This document shows positions 39,823 through 50,791 of a DNA stretch of 64,000 nt, in pieces. The DNA is taken from positions 703 through 64,702 of the forward strand of contig CAZCXK010000013.1 of NCBI GenBank assembly GCA_964502605.1. Reading direction: 5' to 3'. Origin of the DNA: an uncultured bacterium (GTDB lineage Bacteria; Cyanobacteriota; Cyanobacteriia; CAZCXK01). Numbering within the stretch: the stretch's first letter is position 1; each line of letters begins with the position of its first letter. The position numbers and the translations under genes were made by a program. The notes under the pieces were generated by a model. The model was not told the DNA's origin and ran no database searches. It was given only the letters and a program-made list of their open reading frames with translations.

Positions 39823-40467
39823 TTAACGGCGGCGTTCTTGCAGCTTGCGATAGACCTCTCGAATATCAACCTGATGGTGAGCGAGGGCTACAAGGGTGTG
39901 ATAAAACAGGTCAGCGACTTCACCAGCGATCGCCTCTGGGTCATCATCTTTGCAAGCCATCACCACTTCAGCGGCTTCTTCGCCAATTTTCTTGAGGATT
40001 TTGTTGTCCCCCCCCTGCAACAGCTTGCAAGTGTAGGAATCAGGGTTGGGGTGGTCACGGCGATCGCAAATGATGCGAAAGACTTGCGACAAGGTGTCTG
40101 CCGCAGGCGATTGAATGCTGTGATCAACCTGATGAAAACAGCTTTGCTGCCCGGTATGGCAGGCGATATCTCCAATTTGTTCAATGGAGAGCAGCAGCGC
40201 ATCGCTGTCGCAGTCATAGCGCATCGATTTGATCATCTGGAAATGACCTGACGTGGCTCCCTTATGCCATAGCTCAGAGCGCGATCGGCTCCAATACCAG
40301 GCTTGTCCAGTTTCCAGGGTTTTTTGTAGCGACTCGCGATTCATCCAGGCGAGCATCAACACTGTACCGTCTAGATAATCCTGGGCGATCGCGGGCACCA
40401 GCCCTTGGTCGTTATAGCGAATCTCATCCACCGGAATCGTCAACATTACCGACACATCTTCACCCAT
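39823..40467 (-). CDS. hisIE: Bifunctional phosphoribosyl-AMP cyclohydrolase / phosphoribosyl-ATP pyrophosphatase
   Basis: HisI region ([26 protein letters not shown]...[17 protein letters not shown]). HisE region ([16 protein letters not shown]...[13 protein letters not shown]). Confidence 0.85.
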   Translation of the reverse strand: MGEDVSVMLTIPVDEIRYNDQGLVPAIAQDYLDGTVLMLAWMNRESLQKTLETGQAWYWSRSRSELWHKGATSGHFQMIKSMRYDCDSDALLLSIEQIGDIACHTGQQSCFHQVDHSIQSPAADTLSQVFRIICDRRDHPNPDSYTCKLLQGGDNKILKKIGEEAAEVVMACKDDDPEAIAGEVADLFYHTLVALAHHQVDIREVYRKLQERRR

Positions 40468-40480
40468 TGCTTACTCTGCC

Positions 40481-42229
40481 TCACTGCAAGACCTCTTCGA
40501 GTTTGTGCTGCTCCCATAGCTCTTGATATAGACCGCCCTGATCTAGCAGTTCGGCGTGAGTGCCCGACTGCGCAATGCGCCCCCGATCCATCACCAAGAT
40601 GCGATCAGACATGGCTGCTGCTGAAAGCTGATGAGAAATAAAAATCACCGTTTTGCGCTGAGCGCCTGACGACAAGTTTTGCAAAATGGCCGTGGCTGTC
40701 TGGTTGTCAACGCTGGAGAGCGAGTCATCCAAAATCAGAATGGGAGCATCGACTAAGAGGGCGCGAGCTAGGGCCGTGCGCTGGCGCTGTCCGCCGGAGA
40801 GCGTAATGCCTCGCTCTCCCACAATTGTTTTATAGTGCTTAGGAAAATTGAGAATCTCACTATGAATTTGCGCCTGCTTGGCCGCATATTCGACCTCTGG
40901 ATCTTCAGCCAAAGGATTGCCATAGCGGATATTGTTTTTGATCGTGGTGCTAAAGAGAAAACTATCTTGCGGTACATAGGCGATCGCCCGTCTGAGATTA
41001 GACAGCCGAATCTGCGTGACATCGTGACCATCTACCATGAGCTGCTGTGGGGCAATGTCAAGCAAACGCGGAATTGCATTCGCTAGAGTTGATTTTCCTG
41101 ACCCAATGGGGCCAACAATAGCAACTGTTTCTCCCGGCTCAATTACAAAACTAATGTCATTGAGAGCAGGCGCATCTGCGCCCGGATAACAAAACGTCAG
41201 ATGGTGAGCCTCTAGGCGACCCGCGACCTCCCCCGGATTCAGAGTGATGGCCTCAGTCTCATCCTGAATCTTGGGCTCAACTGTCAAAATCGACTCCACT
41301 CGATCAATGCTCACCTCTCCACGCTGATAGGCCGTAATCGTAAAGCCCAGCAGCGCCGTTGGAAACACCAATTGCTCGACATAGAGCAACAGCGCGATAA
41401 AATTGCCGACGCTAATTGATCCGTTGGCGATCGCCCCTGCCCCCAGCGCCAAAATCACCAGCAGACTGACACTGGCTAACCCCCCCAATAGCGGAAACAA
41501 CGTATTCCGAGTTTTGCCCAGCTTGAGATTGGCCGTCAGCAACTGGTGGTTGAGCTGACGAAACGCCTGCCGCTCATTATCTTCTTGCGCATAAATTTTG
41601 ATCAGCGCCATGCCGCTCATGTCTTCTTGAATCAGCTCGCTCAGGCTGGCATTGTCTTCTTGCACCTGCATTTGCTCAGTGCGGAGGCGATCGCTAAACA
41701 TCTGCACCAGCACCAACATCACTGGATAAATTAAAATTGCGGCTGCAGTCAAGCGGATGCTAATGCTAAACATCACCGGTAGGCGCAGCGCATAGGCAAA
41801 CACAGTATTTGCCAAACTCAAGACCGCAAACCCAAGCAGTCGACGGATATTGTCTACATCACTTGTGGCGCGACTAATTAAATCGCCTGCTGTATGTTGA
41901 GCAAAATAAGCAGGTTCAAGCGTCAGCAAATGATTGAAAATTTTCTGCTTCAGGTCAAACTCGACCTGACGCCCCACCCCAAACAGCAGCGTGCGAGACT
42001 GCATGCGGACAAACCACATCACCGACGCCAAGGCAATAATCAGCAGCGCATAGCGCACAATCTGACCGATGCCGAATGCCACCTGCAAGTCGTCTACCCC
42101 ATTGCTAATCAACAGCGGAATGTAGACAGCAATGCCATTGACAATAAACAACGCCACGATACCCAACGTCGCCTGACGCCAGTGGGGCCGTAGATAAGAA
42201 CCAAGTTGGTGCAGATGAGAATTAGCCAT
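40481..42229 (-). CDS. ABC transporter permease/ATP-binding protein (MsbA-like exporter)
   Basis: 6-TM domain plus NBD with Walker A GPIGSGKST, signature LSGGQRQR, Walker B ILILDDSLSSVD, H-loop ISHQLS. Confidence 0.85.
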   Translation of the reverse strand: MANSHLHQLGSYLRPHWRQATLGIVALFIVNGIAVYIPLLISNGVDDLQVAFGIGQIVRYALLIIALASVMWFVRMQSRTLLFGVGRQVEFDLKQKIFNHLLTLEPAYFAQHTAGDLISRATSDVDNIRRLLGFAVLSLANTVFAYALRLPVMFSISIRLTAAAILIYPVMLVLVQMFSDRLRTEQMQVQEDNASLSELIQEDMSGMALIKIYAQEDNERQAFRQLNHQLLTANLKLGKTRNTLFPLLGGLASVSLLVILALGAGAIANGSISVGNFIALLLYVEQLVFPTALLGFTITAYQRGEVSIDRVESILTVEPKIQDETEAITLNPGEVAGRLEAHHLTFCYPGADAPALNDISFVIEPGETVAIVGPIGSGKSTLANAIPRLLDIAPQQLMVDGHDVTQIRLSNLRRAIAYVPQDSFLFSTTIKNNIRYGNPLAEDPEVEYAAKQAQIHSEILNFPKHYKTIVGERGITLSGGQRQRTALARALLVDAPILILDDSLSSVDNQTATAILQNLSSGAQRKTVIFISHQLSAAAMSDRILVMDRGRIAQSGTHAELLDQGGLYQELWEQHKLEEVLQ

Positions 42230-42476
42230 GAGGTGATGTCAGCGGTGACGAGATAACAGGTGATATCGAATGCATTAAACGGATCACGGTAGAGGCAAAA
42301 GCAAACAGCCTTATCTTAGATGGTTACAGTTGAGAATTAACTGGGCCCTCCAAGACGGGCAACAGGTCAACCCGTCAGACCCTATGAACATGAATCCATT
42401 GGTTCATAGACCTGATGAACCAAACTCTCTCTGGCAACCGCCCCAAGCGCTTACCCCATCACTAGACTACCTAATA

Positions 42477-43496
42477 TCAGAAACTCATGGGATCAACCAG
42501 CCAGCCGCGCAAGAAATAATAGAGCGTTGCTAAATATTCTTCAACCAGGCGAGTTGTCAGCGCCAGTGCTTCTACGCTGGGAATAATATCAGTCACTGCG
42601 ATGGGAAATTCATTAGGAGTTTGTAGCTGAAAACACGACAAATCGGTTGCTCTCGGAATCACCCGAATCCCTAACCTGGCAAATGTAGCACTGGCACGAC
42701 GGATTGATGTGACTGATGAAATTAACACCGTATCGCCTCCCCGTTCCTGGCTGGCAACCACTTCAGCACTGCCCCTCAGATTGCGAGGTCCCGTCTCCAC
42801 TCGAACTCGGCTGCGAGGCACCCCCAACACCTCAAGCTGCCTAAACACAGCTTCCCCAACTTCACCGCCCACACAGCGAGTCTCTGGCCCAGCCACTACC
42901 ATCACCAGCGGATCATTCTCTTGAATGGTGGGCAGATTGTAGAGTCGGGCGGCTTCATTCAATCGGCTCAAAAAGCTGCTACTAAGGCCATCAGCAGTAC
43001 TCGAAAATCGGCTTTGCAGGCGATATCCTGGTTCGGATGGGGTGAGCGTATCGCCCAAAACAACAATTGTCTGCACCTCTTCAAAGCGGGCAGACGTCAC
43101 ACTCGGATTGCCAGTGAGCACGTCAGATTCGAAGGTGCGCTCAGTACGTTCGGTAAGCCAATAGGCTGCAATCGGCGTAATCGGTAAACTGGTAATCAAT
43201 AAAACTAAAAATGCAGCCAATACGAGAGCCCCCTTCGCGTTTTTTGCCCCCTCTCGCAAGGCAAACCCCAGCAATACGAGGGTTAGCCCCAACGGCTTGA
43301 GTGGCCACGCCAACAAATTCCAGACGGGCTCAATCACCTGATCTGACGGAAACAAAAACGCCGCAATCAGCAATGCCAGCAGAAAAAAGCCACCCAGCCA
43401 GGTTAAATAGGCTTTGGGGATTAACTCCGTCAAGACGAAGCGAATCAAAATGATGAGCAGCACCACCAAAATGATGCGGGTGACAACAACAAACAT
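42477..43496 (-). CDS. YdcF/ElyC (DUF218) family membrane-anchored protein
   Basis: N-terminal TM helices plus a DUF218-like core (VVLGDTL...VMVVAGPE...). Confidence 0.55.
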   Translation of the reverse strand: MFVVVTRIILVVLLIILIRFVLTELIPKAYLTWLGGFFLLALLIAAFLFPSDQVIEPVWNLLAWPLKPLGLTLVLLGFALREGAKNAKGALVLAAFLVLLITSLPITPIAAYWLTERTERTFESDVLTGNPSVTSARFEEVQTIVVLGDTLTPSEPGYRLQSRFSSTADGLSSSFLSRLNEAARLYNLPTIQENDPLVMVVAGPETRCVGGEVGEAVFRQLEVLGVPRSRVRVETGPRNLRGSAEVVASQERGGDTVLISSVTSIRRASATFARLGIRVIPRATDLSCFQLQTPNEFPIAVTDIIPSVEALALTTRLVEEYLATLYYFLRGWLVDPMSF

Positions 43497-44062
43497 GGCG
43501 ATACTTCCTTATGCTGCCCGTCTGGTCAATTCTAAAAGCGGGTGAACTAGCGTCGTCAAGATAAACATGTTCGAGCATACCCGAAATGAAGATTAATTCA
43601 AGGATTGACGCTAATTCAACACTATTTTTTTCATCGGCGTTGAGTCGATAAATCAGCCCGCATCATTTTGGTCACGTTTGATCGCGAGTGCCGGGGTTGG
43701 TTGAGCGATCGCCCTGTGTCAGTTCATGGGCTTAACGCTTTCTGAGCACGATCGCCCTCAATCATTTCAATCATCAGCATTACTTTCACTTGCTATTGAA
43801 AATAACAATTGGGTTAGAGCTAGTACTTGACATCTTTTGTGATTTGATTTTAATCAATGATTTCTTTTTCATTCATAGATTTAAACCTATAAAAGAAGAT
43901 TTGATTCTTGGGTTGCTATCAACATGGTTAGAGCAGCCACAAAACAAGAATCCTGAACTTTCTAGGGGCGATCGCAGTCCAGCCCGGTTGATTGCATCAG
44001 CTTATATATCTGCGTCATCACGTTTTAGCTCAAATCAGTACGTAAGGTAGACAGGAATAGTC

Positions 44063-45760
44063 ATGCAAATTACGAATACAATTCATTTCCGAAACTTGCG
44101 CGGTGACATCTTTGGAGGTGTGACGGCAGCCATTATTGCGTTGCCGATGGCCTTAGCGTTTGGTGTTGCGTCTGGTGCAGGTGCAGCAGCTGGTTTATGG
44201 GGAGCCGTGTTAGTCGGCTTCTTTGCCGCCTTGTTTGGCGGTACCCCGACCCTAATCTCAGAACCCACTGGCCCCATGACAGTTGTCATGACGGCAGTGA
44301 TCGCCAACTTAACAGCTACTAACCCTGAAAACGGTCTGGCTATGGCGTTTACCGTCGTGATGATGGCCGGAATTTTTCAAATTATCTTTGGGGCTCTGCG
44401 GCTAGGCAAATACATCACGATGATGCCCTACACGGTGGTTTCGGGCTTCATGTCTGGTATCGGTATCATCCTGGTGATTTTGCAGTTGGCTCCATTTTTA
44501 GGCCAAGTTAGCCCTGCGGGTGGAGTGATTGGTACGCTGAAAGCCATTCCTGATCTGCTAACGAATGTTCAGCCCGCAGAAACCCTATTAGCCGTGACTA
44601 CGGTAGCCATTATTTGGTTTATGCCTGAACGGATTAGGCGAATTGTGCCACCTCAGTTAATTGCCCTCATTGGCGGTACTGTTTTGTCCCTGATGCTGTT
44701 TCCGGGGCTTAATATTCGTCGGATTGGTGCAATTCCGATGGGTTTTCCGGCCTTGCAAGTTCCAACTTTTAGCGCCGATCAGCTGCAGCTCATGCTAGTT
44801 AATGCGGCGGTGTTGGGCATGTTGGGCTGTATTGATGCTCTATTAACCTCGGTCATTGCAGATAGTTTGACTCGTACAGAGCATGATTCTAATAAAGAAC
44901 TCATTGGGCAAGGGCTAGGCAACTTGATGTCTGGCTTGTTTGGCGGCATTGCAGGGGCTGGAGCCACAATGGGAACAGTAGTCAACATCCAAACGGGTGG
45001 AAAAACCGCTCTCTCTGGCTTGACGCGGGCAGGTCTATTAATCATTGTGATTTTGGGCGCAGCTAATTTAACGGCTAACATTCCTTTGGCTGTGCTGGCG
45101 GGTATTGCTCTAAAGGTTGGAGTTGACATTATTGACTGGAGTTTTTTAAAGCGGGCACATCGAGTTTCAGTGAAGGGTGCCCTGATCATGTATGGGGTAA
45201 TTCTGCTGACTGTTTTGGTTGACTTGATTGCAGCAGTGGGCATTGGCGTCTTTGTTGCCAACATTCTGACGATCGAGCGCATGAGCACGCTGCAGGCTCA
45301 GTCGGTTCAAACCATTACGGATGCTGATGATGCCATCCAGCTTGATGCCAGTGAAAAACGCTGGCTGGATGAAGCTAATGGTCGTGTTCTGCTGTTTCAA
45401 CTCAGTGGGCCCATGATTTTTGGGGTTGCCAAGGCTATCTCCCGCGAACATAACGCGATTGGAGAATGCGATGCCATTGTCTTTGACCTCAGTAATGTCC
45501 CTCATCTGGGCGTGACAGCCTCTTTGGCCTTAGAAAACTCTGTGCGTGAGGCCGTTGAGAAAGGACGTCACGTTTTCATGGTTGGAGCAACTGGACAGAC
45601 CAAACGTCGCCTTGAAACGCTGGACGGCTTTAATTTGATTCCGTCGCACCACATCTATCTGGATCGTGCTGAAGCACTGAAGGAAGCAGTCTCCGCAGTT
45701 TTCTCAACATCGAGTCAGCCGGGGAATGCAACAGATTTTGATGCTCCAGCCCGACTCTAG
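44063..45760 (+). CDS. bicA: SulP-family Na+-dependent bicarbonate transporter (BicA-like) with C-terminal STAS domain
   Basis: The N-terminus MQITNTIHFRNLRGDIFGGVTAAIIALPMALAFGVASGAGAAAGLWGAVLVGFFAALFGGTPTLISEPTGPMTVVMTAV closely matches my recollection of Synechococcus PCC 7002 BicA. STAS domain at the C-terminus. Confidence 0.75.
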   Translation: MQITNTIHFRNLRGDIFGGVTAAIIALPMALAFGVASGAGAAAGLWGAVLVGFFAALFGGTPTLISEPTGPMTVVMTAVIANLTATNPENGLAMAFTVVMMAGIFQIIFGALRLGKYITMMPYTVVSGFMSGIGIILVILQLAPFLGQVSPAGGVIGTLKAIPDLLTNVQPAETLLAVTTVAIIWFMPERIRRIVPPQLIALIGGTVLSLMLFPGLNIRRIGAIPMGFPALQVPTFSADQLQLMLVNAAVLGMLGCIDALLTSVIADSLTRTEHDSNKELIGQGLGNLMSGLFGGIAGAGATMGTVVNIQTGGKTALSGLTRAGLLIIVILGAANLTANIPLAVLAGIALKVGVDIIDWSFLKRAHRVSVKGALIMYGVILLTVLVDLIAAVGIGVFVANILTIERMSTLQAQSVQTITDADDAIQLDASEKRWLDEANGRVLLFQLSGPMIFGVAKAISREHNAIGECDAIVFDLSNVPHLGVTASLALENSVREAVEKGRHVFMVGATGQTKRRLETLDGFNLIPSHHIYLDRAEALKEAVSAVFSTSSQPGNATDFDAPARL

Positions 45761-45877
45761 ACTGAGCAGTGACATAGTCTTGAAAGTCAAAGGTTGCAGC
45801 CATATTGAAATCATTCACAAATTCAGCGAAGCCCAAGCCAGGTTTGATAGATTCCAACGTGGGGTCGACGGGTTGAT

Positions 45878-48800
45878 TTAGAACCGAATCTCATATTCTA
45901 AAACAGCCCGGTTTTCATCTGAGAAGTTTGTGGTGCCGCGAATCAGAAATTGATCATTGAGCCGATAGCGGATGTTGAACTGAGTCGGTTCTGCGACGGT
46001 GAGCAGTTGCAGAATTGAAATCGAAAGATTGTCAGTGAGGTCGAAGCCTAGTTCAGCGGCGAGGGCAAGGGTAGCGATCGCCCGATCGGCGTCACTCCGC
46101 TCTCGGTCATCGCGCACAATGGTCGTTGGAAAGAGGCGAAAATCACTGATGCCCAGTGTGTTGCTGAGGAGCGTTTGCAGCCCGGTAAAGAGAGCCGACC
46201 CGGCCAAGTTGGCGATCGCCAAGGCACTGTCTCCTCGACCCAGAGTATCGACAAAGCCGCCGCCCAAGAGCGCAATGAGTTCGTTTTCGCTGCGAGGTGG
46301 GCTACTACGCAGTTCGATATTGTTAAACAAATCGCTAGCTGGGCCAACCACGCTGGCTTCAACTCGAATGGTCTGCAATTCGCCAAAGTCATTGGCGGAA
46401 ACATCTGCAACCTCAGACAACGCAAACGGGCTGCTCGACGAAATCGGGCTGCGAGTTTCTTCTAAAACCGACGCAATCAGCTGTACATCAAGCACCGGAT
46501 CAAGCCCTCGGTTGGGTTGAAATTCGGCAATATTGCGATGACGGCGACTGAGATTGAATTGTGAGGTAAAAATGCTGACTTGGCCGCTCCGCAGTCGAAT
46601 CGTGCCCTGAGGCCGAATATCATCAAGGGTGCCGTTGATAAATAGATCCCCTGTGGCCACAAAGTTGAGAATCGGGGCGCGAGTCAGCAGCAAGCGATCG
46701 CCCAATGTGATTTGGAGGTTGTTGAACTGCGGCGGGGCGACCACGCCGCCAAATTCTGGAAAGACTAGCTGGCTAGCAGTTGTAACCGTCACCCCTGCTG
46801 CTGTATCGGGCAGTGAGACGCGCCCATTTGATAACATCACCTCACCCCCAATCTGAGGCGCGAGGGCCGTACCGGTAATGGCGATCGCCCCATCAACGCC
46901 GCCGTTATAAAGACCTTTAAGGGTAACGGCTAAGCCCGACAGCGTGATGCTGAGCGGTTGAGTCGCATCGGGGTCATCGGCTCCCAGGGGTGTCAAAATG
47001 GGCAATACGCCCGTGGCCGTCACCTGCCCATTGCTAAACTGCCCAGTGACCCCGGTCGTAATAATGCGATCGCGGTCGAATATGACCCGCCCAGTTACAT
47101 TCGTCAGGGGTTCTGGCAGCACCTGCGCCCCAAAGCGGGCATCCTCAAATATGGCCTCTCCCGTGGCCAATGGCCGCAAGTCAAACCCGTTGGGGGTTTG
47201 CTGCAATGTTCCGCCCACCGCCAACCGGACGCTCCCCTGCCCTCCTTCCCAGGTAATGGGCTGATTCAGCAGATTCAGTAAAGCCAAGCCTTCATCCCGG
47301 AGGCTGACATCTACGTTGATGTCGTCGCTCTCAGGGGAAACGGTCATAAACGGAAACCGATAGGGAATGCTGCCACGTAATCGCAACGGATCGGCTTCAT
47401 CTTCGGGCTGGTCTTCAACCAGCATGCGCCCAAAGAAATTAAGCCGAGCGTCGGCATAGCTAAAGATGCCATCGGCTTCAGCAATTGGGTTATTGTTGAT
47501 GGTGGCATCCGCTAGAATGATTTCACCCCGGGCTCTAGGGTTGCCGATTGTTCCAGTGATGATGGCGGTAGCATTGAGATTGCCGTCTATATCGAGGGGC
47601 ACTGCCAGCAGATCGCGCAGCACTACTACAGGTACATTCTCAGCCCGAAGCTGGCCCGAGTTTTCGTCAACCCCGCCAATGGTGCCCGCAAAGCTAATCA
47701 AGGTATCCCCCGACTCAAATCGAAAGGGCAAGAAAGTCAATGTGCCATCGTTGAGGCTGCCCTGAAGAATGATCTGGTTGGGGTCATCATAGTCGCCCCA
47801 GCGCCAGTCTTGACCTCGCAGGTCAAAGTCGGCAGAAAGGCCGCCCTGACGGGAGAGTTCAACGTTGATTTCACCCGAAAATTCTCCATCTAGCTTGGCT
47901 AGGTCGGGAAAAATCGAGGCGCTTTCTCGCTCGGCAATTTGGCGATTAAGTAGGGTGACTATTTCAGAATAGCGCTGCAGTTGGGTCAGCACCGAGTCGG
48001 CATCCGTCACGATGGGCAAGGGAGAAACCTCACTGGCGCTGCTGTAGACAGGGGCAGTTAAAAACCGAGCAAAATCGCCGATTTCAAATATTTGTAGAGC
48101 CACTAGCAAGGCTTGAGCGCTGCCTGATTCTGCGATTAATTGGCCTCTAAAGGGCACCTCCCCCACTGGGTCGAGACTGCCCACAACCGCATAGCGGCTG
48201 GCTCCTAGCAGCAATTCGCCCTCACTCAAGGTAACAATGCCGTTGGCGTAACGCAGCTGCCCTCGGAATGAGTCACCTGTGATATAGCCAATTCGAGGGC
48301 GGGCGATCGCCACTGCACCCAGTCCAGAGGGGTTGGCTAAATCAGCAATATTGATATCAAAGTTGCCATTGACCAAGCCGCCCAGTTCGCTGAGCCCATA
48401 GTTGGTCGCAGGGCGAATATTGAGAACTTCGAGCGGAAAGTTTTCAAGTTGAGCCAGCAGGCGATCGCCCTGTCTATGCCCCTGAGCCAGGGTGTCATTT
48501 TGCCGCACATAGAAGGTCAGAGGGCGGAAGTCGCTGTCTAACGCGACCCGAATCTGGTCTTGCTCGCCTGCAACATCGAGGGTCAGCCCTCCTGTGCTGG
48601 CAAACCGGAGATCGCCAGTCAGTCGGGGCTCAAACACCAGATTGCTAATGGCTAAATCGGTTAGACCCACCGCGCCCACAATCCTGGGATCGGCCAGAGT
48701 GCCCGTTACCTGTCCTGAAAAATCGACGTGCCCTGCCAGGGCTAGCTGGGGCGGCAGTGGAATCGGCAAAGCTTCGACATTAGCCAAATCATAGTCTCGG

Positions 48801-50791
48801 AGCTGCACCACCAAGTCGAGTGTGGTAATAGCCGGTGCCCCGACGCCTGTGAGCTGAGTGCCAATGATGCCGCTGGCGCTGAAGCCAGATGCGGTAGCTT
48901 GCAACACCTGAAGGCGATCGCCCAACCAGCGGAGCTGAGCCGTTAGCGGCTGATTGAGGTAAGGCACTTGCGACAGCGTTACACGCCCGTCCGCATCGAT
49001 CGCATCGGGACTCAGATCATCAAACAGCCCAGACAGCCGAAACTCACCCTCGGCAAGACCAGTAAGCTGGGCCGAAAACTGACCAAGCTGAATCTCCGTC
49101 GCATTAACAATTGCCTGCCACCGCCGCTCCGACAGGCTCGCCTGCCCGCTCGCAGCCACCTGACCGCCCGCAACTTGTAGAGTTGTATTCCGGAGGCTGA
49201 CCCGATCGCCTGCAACTAGCAATTCGCCTTGCCCCGCATAGGTCGCATCTGGAGCTTGCCATTGCACAACAGTCTGAATGGCGTCTAACGGCCCAAAGAT
49301 CTGAATATCAGCTGCTAAGGTGCCCAGTGTATAGCCAGCGGGAATGGGCCGATACGCTTGGGCGATCGCATCCCCATCCAGATTACGAGCTTCCAGATCA
49401 AAGACAAGCCCTCCTCCAACACCTAACTGAACCTGTCCATCGCCCGTAATCTGGCCGCCAGAGGCTAATACCGCCTCAAGAGACTCTAGCACCAGCCGCT
49501 GAGGGGTCAGGAAAAACTGCGCCCGCGTCTCATTCACGAGCAGGCGATCGACTTGAATCGGGTCAAGATTCGTAGCCACCCCCATGAGCAGCGGCTGATT
49601 AAACGGCCCCGTCAGTTTGAGATCAGCCTGAAATTGACCCTCAATGGGCACCGGCAACTCTAAGTCAAAGGTGTCAAGCAGCTGTGTCGCAGTTACAGAA
49701 GCCACCTGAGCGGCAATATCATACCCGGTTTGCACATGCACCCCACCCGTTGCCGCTGCCAGAATGTCACCATAGCGAATCGTCGTGTCTTCTAGCTCAA
49801 TGCGTTCTCCCATCAGTCGGAGGCGGCCCTGACCCTCTGTAAACCGATTGGGAACGTTGTTAATCTCGGCGGCCACGTCTTCAAACTGAGCTACCCCGCG
49901 CAGATCTACCGTGCGATCGCCCCGGAGTTCGACCCTGACATTGCCGCCCGCCTGCCCGTCTTGTAAGGTAATGGGCAACGATGGCAATAGTCCTGCTAAT
50001 TCAGCCAGGGGCATTTGGCTAAACTGGGCGATCGCCTGCGCCTCTAGCGCCAGCTCCCAATTGGCTTCCCCGTTAACTGCAAACTCGCCGCGATCGCCCG
50101 TTTCTCCGGTCAGCTCAAACCGCGCCAGCCGATTGTTGTTTCGCAACACCACCTGCCCATCAAACGGCTCGATCACGATCACGGGCAGAGCGATCGGTTC
50201 ACGAGACGGCTCAGCAGAGAGTTCTGCATCGAATCCAGGCTCCAAATCAGAGCCGGAATTCTCTAAGGCTGCCGATGGGTAGGGAGCCAGTTCAACCCGA
50301 CCATCTTCTAGCCCAACGCTGTCAAGCTTAAACTCGATCCAGCCCGGTTCGGGCGCATTGATCCGGGTTGCTAGCCATTGCCCATCCTCATCTTGACTAA
50401 TTCGAGCTTGAGGACGAACAATCGTCACGTAGAGCGTCAATTGACGACTCCAAAGCACTTCTAAGGGGTTAAAGCGAGCCTGGATTGCCTCCATCGCAAC
50501 CCAGTCAGAATCGGTGGCCGTGGGGGGCACAATCGACTCACCAAACCGCACCCCAGTCGGTGAAAAGTTCTCAACATCACCAATCTGCACCGGACGCTGC
50601 AGCACATTATTGAGGCTGCGCTCAACCAGTGGCACCAGTCGGCGATCGACAAAGAGGCGCAGTCCAAATCCGGCTGCGCCTCCCGCCATCAGGAGGAGAC
50701 CTAGCGCAATGCTGATGCGACGGACATAGAAGCGGGGGCGTTCATTCGCACTGGAATCAGCCCCTTCGTCGGGGTTAGGAAGATGTGTCAT
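45878..50791 (-). CDS. TamB/Tic236-like translocation-and-assembly-module protein (AsmA-like, DUF490 C-terminus)
   Basis: 1637 aa with an N-terminal signal-anchor, long beta-rich repetitive body, and a C-terminal DUF490-like segment ending ...NFSDENRAVLEYEIRF. Confidence 0.65.
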   Translation of the reverse strand: MTHLPNPDEGADSSANERPRFYVRRISIALGLLLMAGGAAGFGLRLFVDRRLVPLVERSLNNVLQRPVQIGDVENFSPTGVRFGESIVPPTATDSDWVAMEAIQARFNPLEVLWSRQLTLYVTIVRPQARISQDEDGQWLATRINAPEPGWIEFKLDSVGLEDGRVELAPYPSAALENSGSDLEPGFDAELSAEPSREPIALPVIVIEPFDGQVVLRNNNRLARFELTGETGDRGEFAVNGEANWELALEAQAIAQFSQMPLAELAGLLPSLPITLQDGQAGGNVRVELRGDRTVDLRGVAQFEDVAAEINNVPNRFTEGQGRLRLMGERIELEDTTIRYGDILAAATGGVHVQTGYDIAAQVASVTATQLLDTFDLELPVPIEGQFQADLKLTGPFNQPLLMGVATNLDPIQVDRLLVNETRAQFFLTPQRLVLESLEAVLASGGQITGDGQVQLGVGGGLVFDLEARNLDGDAIAQAYRPIPAGYTLGTLAADIQIFGPLDAIQTVVQWQAPDATYAGQGELLVAGDRVSLRNTTLQVAGGQVAASGQASLSERRWQAIVNATEIQLGQFSAQLTGLAEGEFRLSGLFDDLSPDAIDADGRVTLSQVPYLNQPLTAQLRWLGDRLQVLQATASGFSASGIIGTQLTGVGAPAITTLDLVVQLRDYDLANVEALPIPLPPQLALAGHVDFSGQVTGTLADPRIVGAVGLTDLAISNLVFEPRLTGDLRFASTGGLTLDVAGEQDQIRVALDSDFRPLTFYVRQNDTLAQGHRQGDRLLAQLENFPLEVLNIRPATNYGLSELGGLVNGNFDINIADLANPSGLGAVAIARPRIGYITGDSFRGQLRYANGIVTLSEGELLLGASRYAVVGSLDPVGEVPFRGQLIAESGSAQALLVALQIFEIGDFARFLTAPVYSSASEVSPLPIVTDADSVLTQLQRYSEIVTLLNRQIAERESASIFPDLAKLDGEFSGEINVELSRQGGLSADFDLRGQDWRWGDYDDPNQIILQGSLNDGTLTFLPFRFESGDTLISFAGTIGGVDENSGQLRAENVPVVVLRDLLAVPLDIDGNLNATAIITGTIGNPRARGEIILADATINNNPIAEADGIFSYADARLNFFGRMLVEDQPEDEADPLRLRGSIPYRFPFMTVSPESDDINVDVSLRDEGLALLNLLNQPITWEGGQGSVRLAVGGTLQQTPNGFDLRPLATGEAIFEDARFGAQVLPEPLTNVTGRVIFDRDRIITTGVTGQFSNGQVTATGVLPILTPLGADDPDATQPLSITLSGLAVTLKGLYNGGVDGAIAITGTALAPQIGGEVMLSNGRVSLPDTAAGVTVTTASQLVFPEFGGVVAPPQFNNLQITLGDRLLLTRAPILNFVATGDLFINGTLDDIRPQGTIRLRSGQVSIFTSQFNLSRRHRNIAEFQPNRGLDPVLDVQLIASVLEETRSPISSSSPFALSEVADVSANDFGELQTIRVEASVVGPASDLFNNIELRSSPPRSENELIALLGGGFVDTLGRGDSALAIANLAGSALFTGLQTLLSNTLGISDFRLFPTTIVRDDRERSDADRAIATLALAAELGFDLTDNLSISILQLLTVAEPTQFNIRYRLNDQFLIRGTTNFSDENRAVLEYEIRF

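Noticed and set aside
45999-50282. Plus-strand ORFs (e.g. 45999..46520, 46958..47281, 49911..50282) inside the TamB-like gene
   Set aside because: Antisense to a 4.9-kb continuous ORF; Arg/Ser-rich composition typical of spurious high-GC frames.
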